Positions 28,921-37,801 of a stretch of 64,000 bases of DNA are shown here, one piece after another. The stretch's first letter is position 1. Each line of letters starts with the position of its first letter. Under the pieces are notes generated by a model. It ran no database searches, had not been told where the DNA came from, and was given only the letters and a program-made list of their open reading frames with translations. Made by a program: the position numbers and the translations under genes. The DNA lies in contig JBKBWQ010000001.1 in NCBI GenBank assembly GCA_046314355.1, forward strand, positions 1,120,001 through 1,184,000. Reading direction: 5' to 3'. This DNA comes from Candidatus Altimarinota bacterium. GTDB lineage: Bacteria > Patescibacteriota > Gracilibacteria > 1-14-2-50-48-13.

Positions 28921-29529
28921 TTAAGTAGTAATACTAGATATTTTTTTGAAGTTTTCATCGCATTTTGCCCAGTTGATATTGTTCCAGAAATCTTCTATAT
29001 ATGACTTTCTATCTGATCCATAGTCAATAAAATAAGCATGCTCATATACATCTAGTGTCAGTACAGGAAATGCTCCCCAGATTCCTCCCTGATCATGTGC
29101 ATCACATCCATAGATATGAAGCTTTTTATCTGTAGTATCCCATGCACATACTGCCCATCCTCGTACAGACATTCCTGTTGCGCTTAAGTGTAATTTAAAA
29201 TCTTCAAGGGAGCCAAAATCCTTTGTAATCTGTTTGAAGAGATCGCTATCTTCAGAAAGTGAAGTGTTGCCTAATGTAGAAAAATAAGATTCATGCAGTG
29301 TAACTCCGTTTCGTGCAAAGGCTTCACTTGTTTTTAGTCCTCGGTATTGGGAATATACTTGGTTCGCGCTTGTGAGATCCACACTTGCAAGTTTTTCTTC
29401 TATTTCTTTTGTCTTGTTAACGTAGCCTACATAGAGTTTATCATGGTGTATTGCAAGCGTTTCCTTTGAAATTTTTCCTTCCAGCTGGTCAGGATCAAAA
29501 GGTAGCGGCTGCTCATTATAAGAAAACAT
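28921..29529 (-). CDS. sod: Fe/Mn superoxide dismutase family
   Basis: HHDKLY, LHESYF, LDVYEHAYFIDYG, WNNINW. Confidence 0.92.
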   Translation of the reverse strand: MFSYNEQPLPFDPDQLEGKISKETLAIHHDKLYVGYVNKTKEIEEKLASVDLTSANQVYSQYRGLKTSEAFARNGVTLHESYFSTLGNTSLSEDSDLFKQITKDFGSLEDFKLHLSATGMSVRGWAVCAWDTTDKKLHIYGCDAHDQGGIWGAFPVLTLDVYEHAYFIDYGSDRKSYIEDFWNNINWAKCDENFKKISSITT

Positions 29530-29657
29530 ATATCATAATTATAAAATAGTACTCCTCTATACTACGCCTTTCTATTCCAAAATAAAGTAAGAATTTTCTT
29601 GTCAGAGAGCTCTTTGTCACATAAGATTTTAGTACTTAACTTACTGTTCAATTCCCA

Positions 29658-30488
29658 ATGTCTCTTTTTCTTGCACATGTAGAGTCTGTCACTTCAGCAG
29701 CGAGCGGAGCTGTTCTTAGCGGCTCAGGTCAGGTGGTACAAAATCTAGTTACAGCGCCATGTTCATTTCATAATAATCCTTTTCTATCATGGAGGCTCTT
29801 TTATGAGAATAAGGATACGCTCGCGCTGATCTATACGATCTCATCTGCATTGATGGCGGCATTAGTGCTTACTATCTTTCTTCTTTTACTCTTGAGGAGA
29901 AAAAAGATATTTGTAAGTATTGCTCTTGGGGTATTATTACTTGTATTGCTGGCTACTGGAACTCTTCGTTTTCTTGAGGGGGAGAGAGCAGGATTTGGTA
30001 ATGCCGAATCCAATCATTTGCATTCAGATATTGCACTTTGGATAAATGGTGAAAAATTTAATCTTGGAAATGGAAAATATATTAGTTCTGAAGAATCCAC
30101 TCTCAGTAACTATGCACACATTCATGACTCTCAAGGATCTGTACTTCATGTACATGCAACAGGAGTGACTTATGGATATGCTCTTGAAACTCTTGGTATT
30201 ACATTTGATGAGAAGTGTCTAATTCTTGATCAAGAGAAAAAATCCTATTGTGCAAAGGATTCAGACGGCACACACTTATCTTTTTATCTTAATAGTAAGA
30301 AAGTTGAGAATATAAGAGAAAGAGTAATTAATGATCTCGATAAGCTCTCTATCATCTTCGGACCTGAAGAAGAGCCTTTACAGCAGGAAATTCACAAAGA
30401 GATTACTGATAATGCATGTCTTTATTCAGAAAAATGTACAGACAGGATGTTTGAAAAGGAAGTTCTTGGATGTTCAGGTGAAAACTAA
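29658..30488 (+). CDS. Membrane protein with His-rich extracytoplasmic domain (conserved hypothetical)
   Basis: Two TM helices; HLHSD, AHIHD, LHVHA motifs; C-terminal ACLYSEKC..GC. Confidence 0.7.
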   Translation: MSLFLAHVESVTSAASGAVLSGSGQVVQNLVTAPCSFHNNPFLSWRLFYENKDTLALIYTISSALMAALVLTIFLLLLLRRKKIFVSIALGVLLLVLLATGTLRFLEGERAGFGNAESNHLHSDIALWINGEKFNLGNGKYISSEESTLSNYAHIHDSQGSVLHVHATGVTYGYALETLGITFDEKCLILDQEKKSYCAKDSDGTHLSFYLNSKKVENIRERVINDLDKLSIIFGPEEEPLQQEIHKEITDNACLYSEKCTDRMFEKEVLGCSGEN

Positions 30489-30494
30489 TCTACT

Positions 30495-31058
30495 ATGAAA
30501 AATACTTCTCTGCTCTTCATTTTTTGGATCTCGTTATTTCTTTTCTTTGTATTTGCTCTTTTTGCTTTGCTGGAAAGAGGAGCTGTGATGATAGGAAATA
30601 ATACTATGGAAGCTTCACTCTTATCAACTCTTACAGAGAGTGGTAGTGTTGTAAGCCGAGTAGTAGATGGAGATACTATTGAAGTAGTGACAAATAATGT
30701 AAAAGAAAAAATACGTCTTATAGGTATAAATGCGCCTGAGTCTGTGGACCCGCGTAAGGGTGTAGAGTGTTTTGGAAAAGAAGCATCTGCTATGATGAAA
30801 AGTATGATAGAGGGTAAAAGAGTAGAGCTTCGTGAAGATATGACCCAGGAGAACAAAGATAGATACGGACGACTACTCAGATATGTATACCTCAATGATA
30901 CATTGGTTAACCTTGAAATGATCCAAAAAGGTTATGCATATGAATATACTTATAATATTCCTTATGTTCATCAGGCAGAGTTTAGAGATGCTCAAAAAAT
31001 AGCTATACAAAAAGCCGAAGGTCTGTGGGCTTCGGCTACTTGTGCTGGAAAAAAATAG
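30495..31058 (+). CDS. Thermonuclease (SNase) family, membrane-anchored
   Basis: VVDGDT, IRLIGINAPE, DRYGRLLRYVY, GLW. Confidence 0.95.
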   Translation: MKNTSLLFIFWISLFLFFVFALFALLERGAVMIGNNTMEASLLSTLTESGSVVSRVVDGDTIEVVTNNVKEKIRLIGINAPESVDPRKGVECFGKEASAMMKSMIEGKRVELREDMTQENKDRYGRLLRYVYLNDTLVNLEMIQKGYAYEYTYNIPYVHQAEFRDAQKIAIQKAEGLWASATCAGKK

Positions 31059-31060
31059 TA

Positions 31061-31474
31061 CTACTGTATATCTCCTTTATAATACTGGCTAAGAACATCC
31101 TGAAGATCTGAGCTGCTGAAATCTCCACCTGGATGTGAACCTGACAGTGATGAAAGATCCTTTCCGCAGCTTCTTAAGATAGCTTCTTTGCCACCTAGAT
31201 GCTTATCTTCCCAGTTTGTAAGATCATATACTTTTCCATTTATAATCGCCCAGCAGTCACTAGATGTGTTGTGTGCTGCAACCATTTCTTCAGAGTATTT
31301 AGTGTTACTAGAATTTGCAGCTGTAGAAGCGTTATTTGTATTTGTACTCGTTGAGACTGTATTGGTCTCCCGTGTCGGATTAATAATGTTGGAATTGGTT
31401 TGTACTGCAGGGGCAGTGCTGCAGCCTACAAGGAGAAGAGTAAAAGACGCCGAGATAAGAACTTTTTTAATCAT
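31061..31474 (-). CDS. Cytochrome b5-like heme-binding lipoprotein
   Basis: Lipobox LLVGC; VAAHNT..DCWAIINGKVYDLT, KHLGG, CGKD, second His in SHPGG. Confidence 0.88.
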   Translation of the reverse strand: MIKKVLISASFTLLLVGCSTAPAVQTNSNIINPTRETNTVSTSTNTNNASTAANSSNTKYSEEMVAAHNTSSDCWAIINGKVYDLTNWEDKHLGGKEAILRSCGKDLSSLSGSHPGGDFSSSDLQDVLSQYYKGDIQ

Positions 31475-31823
31475 AGGTATAAAAAGAAAACATAAGATAG
31501 TGTAATAGTACTCTTTTTTGCTACTTCGTAAATGGTGGGATATTTTGAGTTTTATTATTAGACTGCAATTATCGGGCTCTCATTATTTAGTCACTTGATT
31601 CTCAACACGCGGCAATAAATTTTATATATTAATAAGAAATAATATATAATTATGTAAAATAACGCGTTGATTCTCTTCCTATAAGTCAAAGCCCCTATTT
31701 TAAATTATTTTTTCTCTCGCTATTTTTAAAAAAATTGATACTCTAAAGCTAAGTGTCTCTTTTGAGCTATTGAGAAATTGGTGAGCATGAGGGGGACGAC
31801 GATTTTATTTAGTGAAAAAAATT

Positions 31824-33677
31824 ATGGATAACGTGTTATTTAAGGATTTACCTCTATCAAAGGAAACACTTCGTGCAATCGAAGACCTAGGATATGAGAA
31901 GGCTTCACCTATTCAGGCGTTAGCAATTCCTCCTCTTCTTGAGGGTAAGGATGTATTGGGACAATCTCAGACAGGTACTGGAAAAACAGCTGCATTTGCA
32001 CTGCCAGTAATTGAAAAAATTGATCCTACAAAGAGAAAGCTTCAGGCATTGATCATGTGTCCTACTCGAGAGCTTGCACTTCAGGTAGCTGAAGAATTTA
32101 GTAAACTACTCAAGTATAAGAAGCATGTACATGTAGTTCCTGTATACGGAGGTCAGCCTATTGACCGGCAGATACGTGCTCTCCGAGAAGGTGCACATAT
32201 CATTATCGGTACTCCTGGGCGTATCATGGATCATATGAATCGAAAGACTATCTCTCTCGAGACTATTGAGATGGTAGTGCTAGATGAGGTAGATAAGATG
32301 CTGGACATGGGTTTCAGAGATGATATCGAGGATATCTTGAGTACTTCTCCAAAGGAGAGACAGACAATTTTCTTCTCTGCTACTGTTCCTGCCGAGATCA
32401 AGAAGCTTATTAAAAAGTATCAGAATGAACCAGTAAATGTGACTATTGAGCATAAGACTCTTACTGTCCCAAGTATTGATCAGGTATATTTTGAAGTTCG
32501 CAATCAGATGAAGCTTGAGCTTCTTACTAGAATTATAGATCTGAATAATATCCGTCTTGCTGTAGTTTTCTGTAATACGAAAAGAATGGTAGACGAACTT
32601 GTGGCTGAACTCCAGGCACGAGGATACTTTGCAGACGGTCTTCATGGAGATCTGAAGCAGATGATGCGTGACCGGGTAATGAAAAAGTTCCGAACAGGAG
32701 CTGTGGAAATACTTGTAGCTACAGACGTTGCGGCACGAGGAATCGATGTGGATGATGTAGAGGCTGTATTCAACTATGACTTACCTCAGGACGAAGAGGA
32801 TTATGTACACCGAATCGGACGTACAGGACGTGCTGGTAAAAAAGGTAAAGCATTCAGTTTTATCTCAGGACGCGACATGTACAAACTAAGAGATATTCAG
32901 CGGTTTGCAAATATTACGATTGCACGTGGAACTGTACCTACACTCGAGGATGTTGCTGGTGTGAAATCTAGCAAGGTACTTGAGAAGATTAAGAAAATTA
33001 TTGAGAAGGGTGAGCTTACAAAGTATGCTGCTATGATTGATACGATGATGACTGAGGATTTTGGAGCTGTGGAAATCGCTGCTGCATTCCTTAAAAATGC
33101 ATTGGAAAAAGACGGAAAAGATCCAGCTAAGAATGACCCATTATTGGCATCTGTTAGCTCTAGACCATCTATGTCTCATATCGGAGAAGCAGGTATGAAA
33201 TCTCTTATGATCAATAAGGGAAGACGTGACGGAATTGGACCAAAAGATGTAGTAGGAGCTATTGCTGGAGAAGCAGGGATTCGCGGTGAAGAGATCGGTA
33301 AAATTCAGATAGAAGACCGAGAGACATATGTGGATATTCCTGAGCCACTTGTAGAACAGGTAATCTCTGCTATGTCTGTAGCCCAGATCAAAGGACAGGA
33401 TATTGCAATCGAGATTGCAGATCTTTCTAGAAAGCCGGCTCCAAGAGAAAGAGAGCGAGGAGGATATGATAGAGGAGGCAGCAGCCGTGGAGGAAGTCGT
33501 GGTGGAGACCGAGGTGGTAGATCATCTTATGGCGGAGGCAGCGGTGGACGGTCTTCTTACGGTGGAAGTAGAGGCGGAGATTCACGTGGCGGAAGTCGTG
33601 GTGGAGACCGAGGCGGTAGATCGTCTTATGGTGGAAGCTCTCGGAGCGGAGGCGGAAGACAGAATGATTTCTTATAA
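31824..33677 (+). CDS. deaD: DEAD-box RNA helicase (DeaD/CsdA-like) with DbpA RNA-binding domain and RGG tail
   Basis: Q motif, QTGTGKT, PTRELA, DEVD, SAT, HRIGRTGRAG, DbpA-like domain, Gly/Arg/Ser tail; track start 31812. Confidence 0.93.
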   Translation: MDNVLFKDLPLSKETLRAIEDLGYEKASPIQALAIPPLLEGKDVLGQSQTGTGKTAAFALPVIEKIDPTKRKLQALIMCPTRELALQVAEEFSKLLKYKKHVHVVPVYGGQPIDRQIRALREGAHIIIGTPGRIMDHMNRKTISLETIEMVVLDEVDKMLDMGFRDDIEDILSTSPKERQTIFFSATVPAEIKKLIKKYQNEPVNVTIEHKTLTVPSIDQVYFEVRNQMKLELLTRIIDLNNIRLAVVFCNTKRMVDELVAELQARGYFADGLHGDLKQMMRDRVMKKFRTGAVEILVATDVAARGIDVDDVEAVFNYDLPQDEEDYVHRIGRTGRAGKKGKAFSFISGRDMYKLRDIQRFANITIARGTVPTLEDVAGVKSSKVLEKIKKIIEKGELTKYAAMIDTMMTEDFGAVEIAAAFLKNALEKDGKDPAKNDPLLASVSSRPSMSHIGEAGMKSLMINKGRRDGIGPKDVVGAIAGEAGIRGEEIGKIQIEDRETYVDIPEPLVEQVISAMSVAQIKGQDIAIEIADLSRKPAPRERERGGYDRGGSSRGGSRGGDRGGRSSYGGGSGGRSSYGGSRGGDSRGGSRGGDRGGRSSYGGSSRSGGGRQNDFL

Positions 33678-33695
33678 AAGGTAGAAATCTAAATG

Positions 33696-33735
33696 AGAGC
33701 AGGAAGCTATTTCTATAGCAACCTGCTCTTTTTTT
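33696..33735 (+). terminator. Intrinsic terminator
   Basis: AGAGCAGG..GCTA-TTTCTA-TAGC..CCTGCTCT-TTTTTT. Confidence 0.8.
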
Positions 33736-33775
33736 CTTATACTTAAATAGTGCTTAGCATCTTAAAGATTTTTCT

Positions 33776-34189
33776 ATGATTATCCGCTGCCGCTGTATTC
33801 TTGAGAATGAGGAAGGAAAAATCTTTGTAGTGAAGCAGCGTCCTGAATATAATTTCTTTTCACTTCCAGGGGGGAAACTTGATGAGGATGAATCCACTCT
33901 TGAATGTATCAGCAGAGAGCTCTATGAAGAACTAGGTATGAAGATCATACCCACTCTTAGAGTAGTGCATGAACTCATCAGTATCGATTCTTTAGAATTC
34001 ATTTTTTACGCAAAAATTAGTGAAAGCATGCTGCAGATAGAGCATGCAAGTCATGCATTTGAACTGCATGGTACAGAGTTTGTGGATACTTTGACTACTG
34101 GAAAAATTATTTACCCTGAATTTATTTCTGATGAATCGTTTTTAGAATGGCTTCATACGGAAAGTGGTCTACGTTATATTCTTAACTAA
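33776..34189 (+). CDS. Nudix hydrolase
   Basis: LPGGKLDEDESTLECISRELYEELG Nudix box. Confidence 0.93.
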   Translation: MIIRCRCILENEEGKIFVVKQRPEYNFFSLPGGKLDEDESTLECISRELYEELGMKIIPTLRVVHELISIDSLEFIFYAKISESMLQIEHASHAFELHGTEFVDTLTTGKIIYPEFISDESFLEWLHTESGLRYILN

Positions 34190-34196
34190 ATCTCCC

Positions 34197-34955
34197 ATGG
34201 CTAAAGTTCTTATTACAGGTGCATCAGGAGGTATAGGCTATGAACTTGCAAAAGTCTTTGCTCGTGAAAAATACGATCTTTTACTTGTTGCTCGTGATGA
34301 GGAGCGGTTAAAAGAGATCAAGAAAGAGTTCGAAGATGTATACCACATAGGAGTACAGTATTTATCAAAGGATCTTTCTCAGAAGACAAGTGTGGAAGAA
34401 GTCTCGGAATGGGTAGAAAAGCAGGGGGCAAAAATTGATATACTTATTAATAATGCAGGGGTTGGACAGTATGGTGCCTTTAAGGATATTGATATCCAAA
34501 AAGAGGAAAACATGATTGCTCTGAATATTACTGCACTTACAAAACTTTCAAAATATGTACTGAAGTTTATGAAGACAGGGCATATTTTAAATGTTGCGTC
34601 TACGGCTGCTTTTGAACCTGGTCCTTATATGGCTGTCTACTTTGCTACAAAAGCCTATGTACTCTCCTATTCTGAAGCATTGGCAGAGGAATTAAGAGGT
34701 ACAGGTATACATGTGTCTACGCTCTGCCCAGGTCCTACCAAGACAGGATTTGAAAAGGCTGCTGATGCGGGGAGTGCTGCTATCTTTAAGTCTACGATGT
34801 CTGCTGAGGTGGTAGCAAAGTATGCGTATAGAAAAATGCTTCAGAATAAGAGAATCATTATTCCTGGAGCACAGAATAAAGCGCTGGTGTTTTTTACAAG
34901 ACTGATACCGAGAGCGTTACTTGCTAGAATAATGGGAATAATAATGAAGTCTTAA
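34197..34955 (+). CDS. Short-chain dehydrogenase/reductase (DltE-like)
   Basis: TGASGGIG, NNAG, YFATK (YxxxK), CPGPTKT. Confidence 0.95.
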   Translation: MAKVLITGASGGIGYELAKVFAREKYDLLLVARDEERLKEIKKEFEDVYHIGVQYLSKDLSQKTSVEEVSEWVEKQGAKIDILINNAGVGQYGAFKDIDIQKEENMIALNITALTKLSKYVLKFMKTGHILNVASTAAFEPGPYMAVYFATKAYVLSYSEALAEELRGTGIHVSTLCPGPTKTGFEKAADAGSAAIFKSTMSAEVVAKYAYRKMLQNKRIIIPGAQNKALVFFTRLIPRALLARIMGIIMKS

Positions 34956-34964
34956 TAATAACTA

Positions 34965-34995
34965 GAAAAAGATGAGCTTATAAGCTCATCTTTTT
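34965..34995. terminator. Bidirectional intrinsic terminator
   Basis: AAAAAGATGAGCTTATAAGCTCATCTTTTT palindrome. Confidence 0.88.
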
Positions 34996-35018
34996 CGTTT
35001 ACCAGATTTGTTTAATGT

Positions 35019-35065
35019 GATCTCATCCTATACGTGTGAGATCCTGAAACGAGTTCAGGATGACG
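35019..35065 (-). repeat. CGTC-tagged REP-like palindromic element
   Basis: Minus strand CGTCATCCTGAACTCGTTTCAGGATCTC plus partial partner GATCTCA. Confidence 0.7.
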
Positions 35066-35068
35066 TGA

Positions 35069-36229
35069 TTATAGTGCTTCGCAGATTTGTGTGGGATTTG
35101 AAGTTATTGATGTGCCGTAATGTACTGTCATATAGTATTTCCCACTGGTGGCATCTATAGCAATACCTATACCAATTTCATCATAGACACTGCTCATCAT
35201 GCTATCATAATGCGGACGGTATGATTTGTTCTTTTCTCCGTAAAAGAAATCAAAGGTTGTTTTAATAGAAGCTAGTAATTTATCATTACAGTCTGAATGA
35301 CTGCATCTATATACTCCCCAGCCAATATTTTCTACAAAATCTCTGCCGCTTTCTAGTTTGAAAGTGAGTCCTAGATTTTTAAACCATTTTTTTATGGCAC
35401 TATAATCATAATATGCAGTAGTGCCTGGACGAACATGAGTGATACTTCCCTTAGATCTCGCATACTCTGACCAGATATATGCGGTCCTATCTAACTGGGC
35501 ATTATAAACGTAAGGTTTTAGCCCTGCAGCTTTTCTTTTGTCGTTATACCACTGCAGCCAAGTAGATCTGATCTTTACCATATCAATATTACTCGGCATA
35601 TTCTCTCCTCGTGGAATACAGTCTTGATTTCTCATTTGCTCAACGGTCTTTGATGGAAGAGTTGTCTTTTGGTTGATAATTCTCCAGATCAACTCTGCCA
35701 CCTCTCCTCTGCGCATTTTTTGGCTGAGTGAGAAGAGTGAATCAGGGATATATTTTGCTGCAGCAAGCGTCTTTGTATAAGGTATATACCAGGCGGCAGC
35801 TGGATCTGCTTTGATTCCGAGTTCATATGCACTCACTACGATCTTAAATGCCTCTGATGCTGCAATCGGCTGCTCCGGCTTGAAAGTACCATCCTGATAT
35901 CCCGAGACAATACCGCGGGATTTTGCATAACAGACATAGGATTCATACCAGGATTTCTTCGGCACATCCTTAAAACATCCTTCAGTAAAACTTGTAGGAG
36001 TCCCATACTTGCTTGAGACGATGATTTTGATGAATTCTGCTCGGTTGACGTTCTGCATTGGTTTAAATGTCCCATCTGCATATCCGTTTATTATTTTTTG
36101 GGAAGAAAGACTGGCTATAGCTTCTCCGTAGGTGTGGAAGACCGGTACATCAGTAAAGGCTTGTGCTTGAGGAGTAAGGTAGAGAGTAAGAAGTAGTAGG
36201 GGTAATACTGCTCTTGTAAAGATACGCAT
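35069..36229 (-). CDS. SLH domain + CAP/SCP-like domain secreted protein
   Basis: Signal peptide; three SLH repeats; N..R...GL.P......L...A..WS, ENIG, HY.SM.....EIGIG. Confidence 0.88.
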   Translation of the reverse strand: MRIFTRAVLPLLLLTLYLTPQAQAFTDVPVFHTYGEAIASLSSQKIINGYADGTFKPMQNVNRAEFIKIIVSSKYGTPTSFTEGCFKDVPKKSWYESYVCYAKSRGIVSGYQDGTFKPEQPIAASEAFKIVVSAYELGIKADPAAAWYIPYTKTLAAAKYIPDSLFSLSQKMRRGEVAELIWRIINQKTTLPSKTVEQMRNQDCIPRGENMPSNIDMVKIRSTWLQWYNDKRKAAGLKPYVYNAQLDRTAYIWSEYARSKGSITHVRPGTTAYYDYSAIKKWFKNLGLTFKLESGRDFVENIGWGVYRCSHSDCNDKLLASIKTTFDFFYGEKNKSYRPHYDSMMSSVYDEIGIGIAIDATSGKYYMTVHYGTSITSNPTQICEAL

Positions 36230-36399
36230 GAAAATGTGTAATGGATAAACCTAACTTTTACAAAATCTGTTTTTCTTCTATTGTATTTTTTTGAGTATAC
36301 GGATTATTGAAAAAATTGCAAAAAATCATCTCTGCAACAAATTCTCTCCACAAATTTCATATCATGAGTAAGATAAAAGGGTATTTTTTATCCTGACCT

Positions 36400-36801
36400 A
36401 TGGAGTACCGAAATAATCCAAGTAGACATTGGAAGCATATTGCTTCTATTCCATTCATTTATGCTCCTTTTTTCATTATGGTCCCTATGGATCTCATTAT
36501 GGAGCTCTATCATAGAGTGGCATTTCCTCTCTACGGTCTTCCATTAATAGACAGAAGCAAATATATCAAAATAGATAGACAGAAGCTCTCCTACCTTACT
36601 GGACTTGAAAAGCTCAACTGTATGTACTGCGGCTATGCTAATGGTCTTTTCCCCTATGGAGCGGCAATTTGTGCAGCTACTGAGGCATACTGGTGTGGTA
36701 TTCAACATGAAAAAGATCCAACTTTTATGCAGCCTAAGCATCATGAGAACTTCGTACCTTTTGGAGATGAAAAAACCTTCCATGAAAAATTTGGAGAGTA
36801 G
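36400..36801 (+). CDS. Conserved hypothetical protein with Cys motif
   Basis: IDRQKLSYL...EKLNCMYCGYANG...TEAYWCGIQH. Confidence 0.8.
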   Translation: MEYRNNPSRHWKHIASIPFIYAPFFIMVPMDLIMELYHRVAFPLYGLPLIDRSKYIKIDRQKLSYLTGLEKLNCMYCGYANGLFPYGAAICAATEAYWCGIQHEKDPTFMQPKHHENFVPFGDEKTFHEKFGE

Positions 36802-36846
36802 TTGTGTCGAGTCAAAGCATTTTTACTTACATAATAGACGGTTCAC

Positions 36847-37689
36847 ATGGATCTTTATCATCTTTTTCAGTCCCTTGTACTTGGAATTCTTCAAGGGCTA
36901 GCTGAATTTTTGCCTATCAGCTCTTCTGGTCATCTCAAAATTGTGCCTTGGTTTTTTGGCTGGGAGACGCCGGGACTTGTATTTGACACATCCCTTCACT
37001 TAGGTACTTCACTAGCACTGTTGCTATTCTTTTATAAGGATTTCTGGGAAGTTATTAAAGGATTTGTACGGCCGTCAGACTTTAAAGAAAAGAAAGAAGC
37101 AAGGGATGCGAGAATGCTTGGCTTCTATATTATTATAGGAATGCTACCTGCAGGTATACTAGGTCTTCTTTTTGATAAACAGATTGAATTTCTCCTTCCT
37201 GAGCCGCTCACAGAATATAGTGCACTCGTCATAGCAGGACTACTTGCAGTCTTTGGTCTTATCTTGTATGGAGTAGATAGGATGAACACTCGCAATTATG
37301 ATATGAAAGCTATGAATTGGCAGAGAGCGCTTTTAGTAGGTATATTTCAGATTTTTGCACTTCTGCCAGGTGTCTCAAGATCTGGTATTACAATGACCGC
37401 AGGAATGCTTTCAGGGCTAAAGAGGGATACTGCCGCACGATTTTCCTTTCTTGTAGGAGCACCTCTTACCTTTGCAGCGGGGATATTTAAATTAAAAGAT
37501 CTTGTCGATATTCAGTTTACTACAGAACTTATACTCTACTTTGGTATTGGATTTGTAGCTTCAGCGGTCTCTGGATATTTATGTATTAAATATTTCTTGA
37601 AATTCTTAAATTCTCATAATGTAGGAGTATTTACAATATACCGTCTTTTGTTTGCTGCGGTGATTGTGGCTGTTGTGGTGTTGAGGTAA
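36847..37689 (+). CDS. uppP: Undecaprenyl-diphosphate phosphatase
   Basis: QGLAEFLPISSSGHL, HLGT, PGVSRSG, AARFSFL. Confidence 0.97.
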   Translation: MDLYHLFQSLVLGILQGLAEFLPISSSGHLKIVPWFFGWETPGLVFDTSLHLGTSLALLLFFYKDFWEVIKGFVRPSDFKEKKEARDARMLGFYIIIGMLPAGILGLLFDKQIEFLLPEPLTEYSALVIAGLLAVFGLILYGVDRMNTRNYDMKAMNWQRALLVGIFQIFALLPGVSRSGITMTAGMLSGLKRDTAARFSFLVGAPLTFAAGIFKLKDLVDIQFTTELILYFGIGFVASAVSGYLCIKYFLKFLNSHNVGVFTIYRLLFAAVIVAVVVLR

Positions 37690-37801
37690 AAGGGTGAGGA
37701 TTAGGATTAGGGATAAGAATTAGGGAGGGGAACCCCACGTCCTATTGCATTAACGCCTCTTCATGAGTAGTATTGAGGCGTTATTTCGATATTTTTGCAC
37801 T

